A stretch of DNA of 64,000 nucleotides from an uncultured delta proteobacterium (GTDB lineage: Bacteria > Desulfobacterota > Binatia > UBA9968): contig CAVXEP010000029.1 of NCBI GenBank assembly GCA_963760795.1, positions 288,001 through 352,000 of the forward strand, given 5' to 3'. The notes below the pieces were generated by a model that saw only the letters and a program-made list of their open reading frames with translations, did no database searches and was not told the origin of the DNA. Position 1 is the stretch's first letter; the number at the start of each line of letters is the position of its first letter. Of this stretch, positions 45,596 to 54,819 are shown piece after piece. Made by a program: the position numbers and the translations under genes.

Positions 45596-46591
45596 CTAAA
45601 TGCCGATTCGCAACAGTTTACAAGCGTTGGCGCTGGCGATCTGCTCCAGGCTGGCGCGGTCAATGCGCGCCGCGCCCAGTGAGGCCACCGGTTCGGGATC
45701 GCCCATGTCATAGGGATAGTCGCTGCCCAACACCACATGATCGGCGCCGAAGTTGGCGACCAAATATTCCAGCGCCATGGTGCTATGGGTGATGGTGTCG
45801 AAGTTGAGCAGCTTGAGATATTCTCCCGGCGGCTTGGAAATTTTCGCTGTTGCCGAGTCTTGAATCCGATAGCCGCGGTCCAGTCGGCCCCAGGTATAAG
45901 GCAAGAAGCCGCCGGCGTGGGCGAGCAAGAGTTTTAGTCTCGGATAACGTTCGAGCACGCCGCTGAAAATCAGTTTGGCAATCGCCAGGGAAGTGTCGGT
46001 CGGATTGCCGATCAGGTTGGCGAGATTGAACTCCTTCATGCGATCGGCGCCGACCACCTGATTGGGGTGGACGAAGATCAATGCATCCAACGCTTGGGCC
46101 GCTTCCCAAAATGGATTGAATGCCGGATCGTCGAAGTAGCGGCCGTTGATATTCGACGCGATCTCGACGCCGCGCAGGCCGAGTTTACCCATCGCCCGTT
46201 CTAGTTCACCCACGGCCTTGGCGCTGTCCTGCATCGGAACGGACCCGAGGGCGACCAGGCGCTTAGGATGCTTAGCGACCGCTTCGGCCAAGCGATCGTT
46301 AAGCCACTGGGCGTATTCCAACGACTCTTCAGCGGCCATCCAGTAAAAAAAATAAGTACTCGCCGGCGACAGCGCCTGTATGTCGACCCCCTGGCTATCC
46401 ATAATCGACAGCCGCAGGTCGAGGTCGGAGAATTCGGCTTTGAGCTGGGTCAAATATGGCTTGCCATCGCGGCTGACGATCTCGCGTCCGCGCTCGTTTT
46501 TGTCGAGCTTCATGCCATGACGCTTGCCGATCTCGCTGGCGACTTTGAGACTGTCGGCGGGAACGAAGTGGGCGTGAATGTCGATATTCAT
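45596..46591 (-). CDS. Amidohydrolase-2 family protein (ACMSD-like decarboxylase)
   Basis: IDIHAH, FVHP, GNPTDT, AHAGG, GSDYP. Confidence 0.9.
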   Translation of the reverse strand: MNIDIHAHFVPADSLKVASEIGKRHGMKLDKNERGREIVSRDGKPYLTQLKAEFSDLDLRLSIMDSQGVDIQALSPASTYFFYWMAAEESLEYAQWLNDRLAEAVAKHPKRLVALGSVPMQDSAKAVGELERAMGKLGLRGVEIASNINGRYFDDPAFNPFWEAAQALDALIFVHPNQVVGADRMKEFNLANLIGNPTDTSLAIAKLIFSGVLERYPRLKLLLAHAGGFLPYTWGRLDRGYRIQDSATAKISKPPGEYLKLLNFDTITHSTMALEYLVANFGADHVVLGSDYPYDMGDPEPVASLGAARIDRASLEQIASANACKLLRIGI

Positions 46592-46743
46592 GGGTTAGGC
46601 CGTGGTCAGACTCCCCGGACAGCTACCGGAGGGTCGGCTAATTGTCAAGTTAAACGGCGATCGTTGGCCTAGCATCGGCGCCTGGTTTCGGCTTAATCTA
46701 ACGAAATCATTGCCTGTGGAAATCGCCGGTGATAGCTTTGGCC

Positions 46744-46977
46744 ATGGCCAGCAGGCGTAGAAGAGAAAATCAAGTAACCATGCGTGAGGGCGACCGCATC
46801 CTCATCAACAAGGGCATCGCAAAAAAAATCATGATCATCGCGCGCACCGAGATTCCGCACTCGACGGAACGTATCTTCGTCACTAAATCGGGTGGCAAGT
46901 ACACCATCGGCTTGAAAGTATGGCGCTCGGATTACGCCTGGAGTGAAAAAAACCAGATGTGGGTGCCGAGGAATTAA
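46744..46977 (+). CDS. Small hypothetical protein
   Basis: ORF between the amidohydrolase and holA, with normal codon style. Confidence 0.55.
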   Translation: MASRRRRENQVTMREGDRILINKGIAKKIMIIARTEIPHSTERIFVTKSGGKYTIGLKVWRSDYAWSEKNQMWVPRN

Positions 46978-47059
46978 GCACGGGTCGAAATTTCTGACTT
47001 CGTGGCTCTGCTGGGCGCCATTCGCTCGATATCATAACTTCATTTGCCACTAACTCGCT

Positions 47060-48424
47060 GTGAAACGCGATCTACCCACCGTTATCGCCGAACTCAAAAG
47101 TGGCAAAGGATCGCAACTCTTGTTGCTCTTCGGTGACGATCTGCAAGTGCAAGAGACTTGCAAGCAAGTGGTCGATAGTTTGGTGCCGCAAGACCGAAGA
47201 GGTTTTAATTTCGAACGCTTCGATGGCCGGACGGTGAGCTGGGATCAAGTGGAGGGCTCGCTGATGACGCCGCCATTTTTTCCCGGCAAAAAAGTCTTGT
47301 GGGTGGAAAACGCGCCGTATTTTTTCTCACGTGAACAAAAAGGTGAGTTGGGCGAAAAGATTCTCGAGCTTTGGCGTGAGGGGCGGCGCGACGATGCCGC
47401 CAAATTGCTGGCGGATCTTTTAATTGTCGAAGGCTGGAACCAAGAGCGCTGGGAGCGGCTGGATACGGCGGCGTCACGCCAGCTCATGGGGCTGCTCGAT
47501 GTCGACGGCAGTGCGGCGCAGGAGGAAGTCGGCGTGCTGCTGGCTTATGCCAAGAGCCGCGATCTTGATCTGAGCAAACGCAAAGGCGCCGACGGCCATC
47601 GCTTGGGCGAATTGCTCGATGGCAAGTTGCCGGAATGGGCATTTTTACTGCTCTCCGCGGTGCAAGTCGACCGGCGGACAAAACTATTCAAACGTTTCGA
47701 AGAGTTGGGCGCGGCATTGTTTCTCGGCTTGGAGCGTGACCGCTACGGCAAAGTCGATCGCGACAGTCTGCTTAACTTCATCTCCCAACGGCTGCGTCAG
47801 GCGGGCAAGAATATCGAGCCCCATGCTCGCGACTTGATCGTCGCCCGTGCCGGCGACGATCTCCGTACTTTGCAACAGGAACTCGACAAGCTGCTGCTTT
47901 ATGCCGCCGAGCGGCCGGCAATTCAGCCGCAGGACGTCGAGGCGGTGGTTGCCGACCACGGCGAAGGCTGGATTTTCGATCTCACCCGCGCCATCGCTGA
48001 CCGCGATGCCCTGGGCGCGCTCGGGCAACTGTCCCGGTTGATGGGCCAGGGCGAACATCCGTTAAAGATTTTGGGCACCATCGCCGGCGAAGTGCGCCGT
48101 CTGCTCGCCGCCCGGCAGCTTTTGGACGGCGACCTGCGGCCCCATTGGAAACGCGGCATCAGCTACCAACAATTTCAGCAGATCGCCGCCAAGCAGGGAA
48201 GCGCTGCGCTGACGCGCAGTCCATACGCCGACTATATGTGCTTTCAACGCGCCGAACGGTTCGCCATGGCGGAGCTCGTTGTCCATATGGAATCCTTGTT
48301 CGAGGCCGACCTGCGGCTCAAGTCGAGCGGCGGCCAACCGCGGCTGGTGATGGAAAAGTTGATTCTCGGCATGTGTCTGGCCGCCCGCCGCACTCAGCCG
48401 CAAAGTGTCGTTCCAGCTAGGTAA
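47060..48424 (+). CDS. holA: DNA polymerase III subunit delta (long form)
   Basis: LLLFGDD, FNFERFDG, TPPFFPGKKV, LQQELDKLLLY, IFDLTRAI, DLRLKSSG...LVMEKLI. Confidence 0.85.
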   Translation: MKRDLPTVIAELKSGKGSQLLLLFGDDLQVQETCKQVVDSLVPQDRRGFNFERFDGRTVSWDQVEGSLMTPPFFPGKKVLWVENAPYFFSREQKGELGEKILELWREGRRDDAAKLLADLLIVEGWNQERWERLDTAASRQLMGLLDVDGSAAQEEVGVLLAYAKSRDLDLSKRKGADGHRLGELLDGKLPEWAFLLLSAVQVDRRTKLFKRFEELGAALFLGLERDRYGKVDRDSLLNFISQRLRQAGKNIEPHARDLIVARAGDDLRTLQQELDKLLLYAAERPAIQPQDVEAVVADHGEGWIFDLTRAIADRDALGALGQLSRLMGQGEHPLKILGTIAGEVRRLLAARQLLDGDLRPHWKRGISYQQFQQIAAKQGSAALTRSPYADYMCFQRAERFAMAELVVHMESLFEADLRLKSSGGQPRLVMEKLILGMCLAARRTQPQSVVPAR

Positions 48425-48426
48425 CT

Positions 48427-48960
48427 ATGCTTCGCCTGCTCGCCGCGCAGCTTCTTTGGCTCGCCCTTGTTCCCTCAGTCTGCGTGGCTGAAATGGTCGT
48501 GCAGGCTTGTTTCAGCCCCCAGGGCAAATGCTCGGCGCATATCCTGCGCGAGATCGACCAAGCTAAAAAAGAGTTGCTAGTGGCGGTCTACGCGTTCACC
48601 AACGACGACCTGGCCAGCGCGCTGGTGCAGGCGAAAAAACGCGGCGTCGCGGTCCAGGTCGTGATCGACCGCGACTTCGACACTCGCACGGAAAATTCCA
48701 AGGGAAAGTATTTCGAAGCGCATAAAGTACCGCTGCGCCGGCTGTCAGGGACAAAGTCCAAAAGTCAGGAGCGCGACGCCGGCTTGATGCACCAAAAGTT
48801 CGCCGTCATCGACCGCAAGACTGTTTTTACCGGTTCGTATAACTGGACCCATTCGGCGGAAAACGCCAACGACGAAAATCTCCTGCTCTTTCGTGACGCC
48901 GGGCCGCTTGCCGAGGACTATCGCCAAGCCTTCTTGCGCCTATGGGAGAGGAAGCCGTAA
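48427..48960 (+). CDS. Secreted single-HKD phospholipase D family protein (Nuc/PLD6-like)
   Basis: Signal peptide, FSP, VAVYAFT, MHQKFAVID, TGSYNWT, NDENLL. Confidence 0.9.
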   Translation: MLRLLAAQLLWLALVPSVCVAEMVVQACFSPQGKCSAHILREIDQAKKELLVAVYAFTNDDLASALVQAKKRGVAVQVVIDRDFDTRTENSKGKYFEAHKVPLRRLSGTKSKSQERDAGLMHQKFAVIDRKTVFTGSYNWTHSAENANDENLLLFRDAGPLAEDYRQAFLRLWERKP

Positions 48961-49502
48961 TGAGTCGCGCAGTGGGAACCGGTTTGCTCGTTGTGCTGGC
49001 TTTCGCCGCTGGCCTGTTCACTCATGGCTTGTACCAACGCTGGAATCCCTCGGCCAGCGACGCACCGCCGGCAAGGGGTTCACTGGCAGAATTGTCTGGT
49101 GAATCCACGGCAGCGACCGGGCTAGCTCATCGGGTGACCTACCTACCGATGGCGGAGCCGGCGCTACCAACCGAGAAGGCCGCTGAAGTTCCGACATTAG
49201 CGGCCCGAGATGTGGAGAAAATCCGCGCGCTTACCGGCCAGCAAGCGCGGGTGCGTGGCCGGGTGTTTCGGGTCGGCCATTCTGCCAAGAGCAATACCCA
49301 TTTTCTTAACTTCGGTCCCTCCCGGGAGGCGCTGACCGCGGTGATTTTTTCTTCGTCGGTGGAGATGTTTGAAAAGAACCAGCTGGAGCCGAAGAAACTT
49401 GAGAATAAGGAAATAGAAATCACCGGTCAGATCAAAGACCATCCGCAGTATGGCTTGGAGATGATTCTCGAGAATCCGAAGCAAGTGAAGATTATCAATT
49501 AG
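48960..49502 (+). CDS. Membrane-anchored OB-fold protein
   Basis: N-terminal TM; GQQARVRGRV...FLNFG...TAVIF...EITGQI...EMILENP; TAATG overlap with the PLD gene. Confidence 0.75.
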   Translation: MSRAVGTGLLVVLAFAAGLFTHGLYQRWNPSASDAPPARGSLAELSGESTAATGLAHRVTYLPMAEPALPTEKAAEVPTLAARDVEKIRALTGQQARVRGRVFRVGHSAKSNTHFLNFGPSREALTAVIFSSSVEMFEKNQLEPKKLENKEIEITGQIKDHPQYGLEMILENPKQVKIIN

Positions 49503-49541
49503 CGGTTGAGCAAGATCGCCAATAAAGGAAAGGTGCCGTCC

Positions 49542-49721
49542 ATGGGCGAAGCCACTAAAAAATGCATGATCTGCGCAAAACCTTCTGAGGCCTTAAAGGG
49601 CGGCATTTGCCAGCCCTGCGAAGAGCGAATTCGCCGCGAGGCTTTGGGCGAGCAGGCCGGTGTTGCCGACCGCGCCGAGCGGGAAATCTCGCGCCAGGGA
49701 ATCGCGCCGACTAAAAAGTAA
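49542..49721 (+). CDS. Small Zn-ribbon protein (59 aa)
   Basis: CMIC-x11-CQPC; SD AAGG. Confidence 0.65.
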   Translation: MGEATKKCMICAKPSEALKGGICQPCEERIRREALGEQAGVADRAEREISRQGIAPTKK

Positions 49722-50046
49722 AATCCACAGAGCTCTCGGGACTTCGCAGGTGAAAATTAATCGCGAGGCAGGCAAGCCCTGTCGCAGTGAAGCGAATGGC
49801 TTATGCTTCTCGTTCCTTGAATGCCGTGCGCCGGTAAAGCTGAGCTACGAAAAAAATGACTTTGCTACCAAATAGTTGGATTGCTTGATCGCTGCGGCCT
49901 AGTCTTGCTCAGGGATGGCCGTTTCCACCTAGGGAATTTTCGCGCAATTGCGGCAACTCCCGTCACGAACGGATAGCAGCCGGTGAAAAAACTCGTTTTT
50001 AATTGTCCTCCTTACCAAGGACATGTTATAAAACAATATTATCAGA

Positions 50047-51312
50047 TTGGTAGCCGAGATCCTTCTTGGCTTTGTACTTACAGCGATTGAGAGGGTAAAG
50101 GTTCTGCGCTGCCGTCAATTATTCCCCGCCGCGTTCAGCTTGGCTATTTTGGTTGTTTTCGCTTCGATCACGCCGCTCTGGTCGTTTACCCCGGAGGACG
50201 ATCTGACGGCAAAGTCAGCTCTGCTGATGGATGCCGCCACGGGCAGGATCCTGTTTCAAAAGGAGCCCGACCTGCGGCTGCCGCCGGCGAGCACGACCAA
50301 GGTCATGACCGCCATACTGGCTTTAGAAAGCGGCCGTAAGCTCAGCGAAAGCCTGACGGTTTCGAAAGACGCCACGCGCGTGCCGCCTTCCAAATTGTAC
50401 TTGCGCCCGGGGCAGACGATGCCGATCGAAGAGCTGCTCTACGCCATCATGCTCGCTTCGGCCAATGACGCCAGTGTGGTACTGGCTGAAGGGATCGGCG
50501 GATCGGTGGAACGGTATACCGATCTCATGACCAAAAAAGCCCATAGTTTGGGCGCCATCAACAGTCATTTTACTAATCCCCACGGTCTGACCGCGCCGGA
50601 TCATTATTCGACGACGCGCGATCTGGCGACGATTTTTCGCTACGCCATGAAGATTCCGTTGTTTCGTGAAATCGTCCAGACCAAGTTCAGTTCGGTGAAC
50701 TCGCTGGCGGTGGTAAAAAAGAAAGTCGTGCCGCGGCGCATCTCTGTACGTAACCATAACCGGCTGTTATGGGACTTTGAAGGCGCTCTGGGGGGTAAGA
50801 CCGGTTACACCCACGCGGCGCAACGCTGTTATGTCGGCGCGGTGCAGCGCGACGGCGCGACCTTGATCGTAGCTATCTTGGGCGCGACCAATATGTGGAG
50901 CGACGCCAAACATCTGCTCGCCTATGGCTTCGACAACTATGACATCCTTAAACCCGCGTCGCAGACCACTCAAAAGCCGGTATTCAGCGAAGGCTCGTCG
51001 CGCCAACGGACTTCGATGGTCATCTTACCCGGCAATAACGAGCGGCCTAAATCCGTCGAGGGCTTCGTACTGCAAGTTGGTTCGTTCCGTGAACGGGAAC
51101 GCGCCGAACTGCTGTCGCGGCAGATTAACGAGCTGGGTTTCGACGCGTTTGTCGATGTCGCCGTGGCGGTCGGACACGAACCCGCCTATCGCGTCCAGGT
51201 GGGCCCCTATGCCGAGCTGGTGGCCGCTCAGGAAGTCGCTCAAGTCCTCCTCGCCAAAAACGGCCAGCGGTCATTGATCCGGCAATTCCCGGCAGCGCGC
51301 GAGGCTAGCTGA
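50047..51312 (+). CDS. D-alanyl-D-alanine carboxypeptidase (S11) with C-terminal SPOR domain
   Basis: PASTTK (SxxK), SAN (SxN), NPHGL, GKTGYT; LQVGSF...YRVQVGP SPOR domain. Confidence 0.92.
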   Translation: MVAEILLGFVLTAIERVKVLRCRQLFPAAFSLAILVVFASITPLWSFTPEDDLTAKSALLMDAATGRILFQKEPDLRLPPASTTKVMTAILALESGRKLSESLTVSKDATRVPPSKLYLRPGQTMPIEELLYAIMLASANDASVVLAEGIGGSVERYTDLMTKKAHSLGAINSHFTNPHGLTAPDHYSTTRDLATIFRYAMKIPLFREIVQTKFSSVNSLAVVKKKVVPRRISVRNHNRLLWDFEGALGGKTGYTHAAQRCYVGAVQRDGATLIVAILGATNMWSDAKHLLAYGFDNYDILKPASQTTQKPVFSEGSSRQRTSMVILPGNNERPKSVEGFVLQVGSFRERERAELLSRQINELGFDAFVDVAVAVGHEPAYRVQVGPYAELVAAQEVAQVLLAKNGQRSLIRQFPAAREAS

Positions 51313-51325
51313 GCGAGAGCGCTGA

Positions 51326-52061
51326 CTAAAGCTCAAGCACCATTCCATCGTCGGCAACCACAGCCGATATTTCGTTTCTACGCGATAGCATTTCTTCGCC
51401 CAGGTGGGTGAGGACGAGCTGCTTGCAGCGCAAACGGTCGAGGTTGGCTGTTAAGGTCTGATAGTTGACATGCATGCCGGGCTGCTCGCGAAAAAACGAA
51501 CATTCACAGAGAAACAAATCGACGCCGCGGGCGTGCTCGATGAAACTCTCGGTCCATAGCGAATCGCCGGAAAACAAAATCTGCTTGCCGTCATAGCCGA
51601 CCTTCAAGGCTAACGAAATCTCGTCGGTTTGGTGCGGCACGCGAAATGGCACGACTTCAATGCCGTTGACGTTAACCGACTTCGTCAGGACGCAAGACCA
51701 CAAAGCGCGTCGGCGGAATCTCCTTGTCATTGGTCGTGCCGCCATACATCACCTGAAACAGCGAGCGGACTTTCGCTTCCGTTCCCGGCGGGCCGGCAAT
51801 CACCAGCGGTTCGAGTCTGGGCCGGAGATACAAATACTCGATGAAGAAAAACGCAATGCCGCCGAAATGATCGCCATGCAAATGGCTCAAAAGGATCGTA
51901 TCGATGCGCCGTGGATCGAAGCCGGCGCGCTTGAGCGCCAATAAAGTCGTCGGCCCGCAGTCGAGCAGAAATATCTTGTCCGCAGTTTCGACAAGGTAGC
52001 CGCTCTGATTGCGCCCGCCGCTGCCAAAGGCATCGCCACAGCCGAGAATGTGCAGTTTCAT
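51326..52061 (-). CDS. MBL-fold metallohydrolase (RNase Z-like); +1 frameshift at about 51680
   Basis: LGCGDAFGSGGR, LLDCG, SHLHGDHFGG; then VPH, FSGDS and LTHLG in the next frame. Confidence 0.87.
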
Positions 52062-52164
52062 ACTGGCAGTTGAACTCCGCTTACACCGTACCTAACATCG
52101 CAACTGGCGCGTTAGCAATGCCGTGTAATGACCATCGCGGCTCGTTCGCTGCCCCAGGGATAAG

Positions 52165-52653
52165 TTGCTTTTTCGCCAGCGTGCGACTAAAGTCGCCGTC
52201 GTGGCAGAAGTCAAGCGGCCGTTTTTCACCTCTTATAGCACCAGCCTTTGGGTTCGTTTTCTCCGTTTTAGTTTGCGTTCGCACAAGAAGCTTGAGGACG
52301 ACTTGCAAGAATTAGGGCTGACACCGCCGCAATTCTACGTGCTGGCGACCATCGGTTATGCCGGCAGCCTGCCCTTCGGCGAGATCGGCGCGAAAATGTT
52401 GGTGACGGTGAGCAATCTCACCGGCATTGTCGACCGGCTTGAGGGTAAAAAATTCGTCGCGCGCAAGCGTGACGAGAAAGACCGCCGGGTCGTCCATGTG
52501 GTGCTGACCGACAAGGGCGCTAAACTATACAAGAGCACGATTCCGTTATTCGAAAAATGCGTCGGGGAGATTTTCGCCGGGCTGAGCGAGGCCAATCAGA
52601 AACAGCTGTCGGCGCTACTGCGGCAGCTCGATCATGAACCCGTGGCGAAGTGA
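52165..52653 (+). CDS. MarR family transcriptional regulator
   Basis: GLTPPQFYVL, NLTGIVDRLE, DRRVVHVVLTDKG. Confidence 0.92.
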   Translation: MLFRQRATKVAVVAEVKRPFFTSYSTSLWVRFLRFSLRSHKKLEDDLQELGLTPPQFYVLATIGYAGSLPFGEIGAKMLVTVSNLTGIVDRLEGKKFVARKRDEKDRRVVHVVLTDKGAKLYKSTIPLFEKCVGEIFAGLSEANQKQLSALLRQLDHEPVAK

Positions 52654-52764
52654 CCGGCGGGCGGCGAGGCGCTAGCCGTAATCTCGCAATATCGATTCTT
52701 AGTTTTCATTGTTTAGAAGTTAGAGGTCGGTTTTCAGAGGTCAGACGGACGATGCTCCGTTTGA

Positions 52765-52808
52765 TTGACACCGAATATTGGCAAGTTATAACAGTTTAAA
52801 CGTTAACT
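52765..52808 (+). promoter_or_regulatory. Sigma-70 promoter with candidate operator at the TSS
   Basis: TTGACA (52765)-16 nt-TATAAC (52787), followed by the AT-rich imperfect palindrome AGTTTAAACGTTAACT (52793-52808). Confidence 0.6.
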
Positions 52809-52831
52809 AATTTTCCTAGGCGTTAATTTCC

Positions 52832-54047
52832 ATGGCAGACGAAAACAACAAACCGCTGGGACTCGAACGAGTTAAAAAATGGCTTTATGCCAAGGGACTC
52901 GACGAGCGCGGCAGCGGCTGTGTGCTTTGCGGGTCGTGCTATGGCCATGGGCCGGCCAATCCGATGGAGGATGTGCCTGGGCCGAAAGAAAAATGTCCAC
53001 CTTATGAGTACTACAAATTTCAGCGTCACACGCCGAAATCGCGCTGGCTGATGGCGCAGCGGGTGTTTCATGGTCTCGATCCGATCACGCCGGAGCTGAA
53101 AGAGGTGATGTACGCCTGCACAAACTGTCTGATGTGCCAGGAACTCTGCGGCGTGCGCGGCGATGGTTACGGGCCATGGGATATCACGGTGGCGATGCGC
53201 GAGGAAATCACCGAAAAAGACGGTCCATTGCCGGCGCACCGGCCGATTTACGATGGACTCCAACGATATGACAGTCCTTGGGGGCAAACCACGCGCGGCG
53301 CATGGGCCGCTGGCTTGGGACTCAAACAACTCAGCGACGGCAAAGCTTCGACGTTACTATTTGCCGGCTGTTCGGCGGACCGCGCCAGCGGCAAGAGCGG
53401 CGCCATCGCACTGGCCAAGCTGATGCAAAAGGCCGGTGAGGATTTCGCGATACTCGGCGACCGGGAAAAATGCTGCGGACTGTACGCCTTCGATCTCGGT
53501 TTCCGCCGCGAGTACGAGCGTTTAAAAGACGCCAATCTGACGACGTTGACGCATGCAGGAGTCAAGAAAGTCATCATTGCTTGCGGCAGTTGCCAACGCA
53601 TCTGGCGCGAGTACGCCAAAGAAGCGAGCGGCTTTGAAAGTGATGCATGGCGTCGAGTTCGTCGCTCAGGCGGTCAAAGCTGGGCGGCTCAAGTTTATCA
53701 AGCCGATCGCCAAGAAAGTAACTTACCACGATTCTTGTCACCTCGGCCGCGGCTGCGGTATTTACGATCCGCCGCGGCAAATTCTCCGGGCGATTCCTGG
53801 CCTGCAACTGGTCGAGATGGAGCGCAACCGGCGCTGGGCCTGGTGTTGCGGCGGCGGCGGCGGCGTGCCGGAAGCCGATCCCGATTTAGCGCGGTGGAAC
53901 GCGGCGGACCGCATGCGCGAAGCGTGCGCCAGCGGCGCCGAGTTGATGCTGACCTCGAGCGCGCTGTGCCAACGGTCCTTCGGCGAATTGCCCGATGGCG
54001 GGCTGCCGACCGAAGATTTACTCGAATTTATTTTGCCGGCGCTTTAA
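52832..54047 (+). CDS. HdrD/GlpC-like Fe-S oxidoreductase (4Fe-4S plus two CCG domains); +1 frameshift at about 53635
   Basis: CVLCGSC...CP, CTNCLMCQELC, FAGC, EKCCG, CGSC; then YHDSCHLGR and WCCGGGGG in the +1 frame. Confidence 0.87.
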
Positions 54048-54058
54048 ATTTTTAATTT

Positions 54059-54793
54059 ATGGTCAAAGAACCGCACTTCACACCGCAACGGATGCTCAAT
54101 ATGCTCGGGCTCAAGTCGAACTCGCTGGGTCCCTACGCACTGCTCCCCGGTCCGAAGGAACGCAGTGAGATGATGTTGAAACTTTTGGAGGCGCCGCAAA
54201 AGAGTTTCACTTTCCTCGACTACGAGATGCACACCGGTGGGCTCGACGGCAAGCGCGTCAGCATCGGTAACGGCGGCCGCTACGCGCCGGACACCGCGAT
54301 TACCACCGAAATTCTTTGCGGCGCCGGCGCGGAATCTTTGATCCGTGTCGGCAGCTGCGGCTCGCTGCAAGACCACGTCAAGATCGGCGATCTGGTGATT
54401 GTCACCGGGGCCCTGCGCGGCGACGGCACCTCGCGCTACTACGTCGCTGAGAATTTTTCCACTGTGGCCGACGCGAGTATCGTCGCGGCCTTGACGCGGG
54501 CGGCGGAGGATTTAAAAGTCCGCTATCATCTTGGCTGGATCTTCACCACCGACGCATTGTTTCAAGAGACGCCGGAACTGATCGACCAACTGAACCAGCA
54601 AAACGTCTCGAGCATTGACATGGTGACCTCAGCCTTCTTGACCATCGCGCAGGTGCGCGGCAAAAAAGCCGGCGCGGTGCTGGCGGTGTCGGATGAATGT
54701 CTCTATGGCAAGTTCGGCTTTCGCGATCCGGGGTTTTTCGCAGCCGAGCAGAAGACCATCGAAGTGGCGCGCCAAGCACTCCAATACCTTTAG
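54059..54793 (+). CDS. Nucleoside phosphorylase (Udp/DeoD-type, NP-1 family) with atypical active site
   Basis: LLPGPKER, IRVGSCGSLQ, GDLVI...RGDGTS..Y, TTDALF, AVSD; the EME motif reads DMV. Confidence 0.88.
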   Translation: MVKEPHFTPQRMLNMLGLKSNSLGPYALLPGPKERSEMMLKLLEAPQKSFTFLDYEMHTGGLDGKRVSIGNGGRYAPDTAITTEILCGAGAESLIRVGSCGSLQDHVKIGDLVIVTGALRGDGTSRYYVAENFSTVADASIVAALTRAAEDLKVRYHLGWIFTTDALFQETPELIDQLNQQNVSSIDMVTSAFLTIAQVRGKKAGAVLAVSDECLYGKFGFRDPGFFAAEQKTIEVARQALQYL

Positions 54794-54819
54794 CCATCTC
54801 TTTTCATTGAGCTAAGAAA

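Noticed and set aside
48427-48960. PLD nuclease as an anti-phage defence component
   Set aside because: It has a signal peptide, sits in a housekeeping context, and has no helicase or methylase partners.
52714-52746. Degenerate AGAGGTC heptamer repeats upstream of the operon promoter
   Set aside because: Only about three imperfect copies; probably a remnant of a dispersed short-repeat family, too weak to call.
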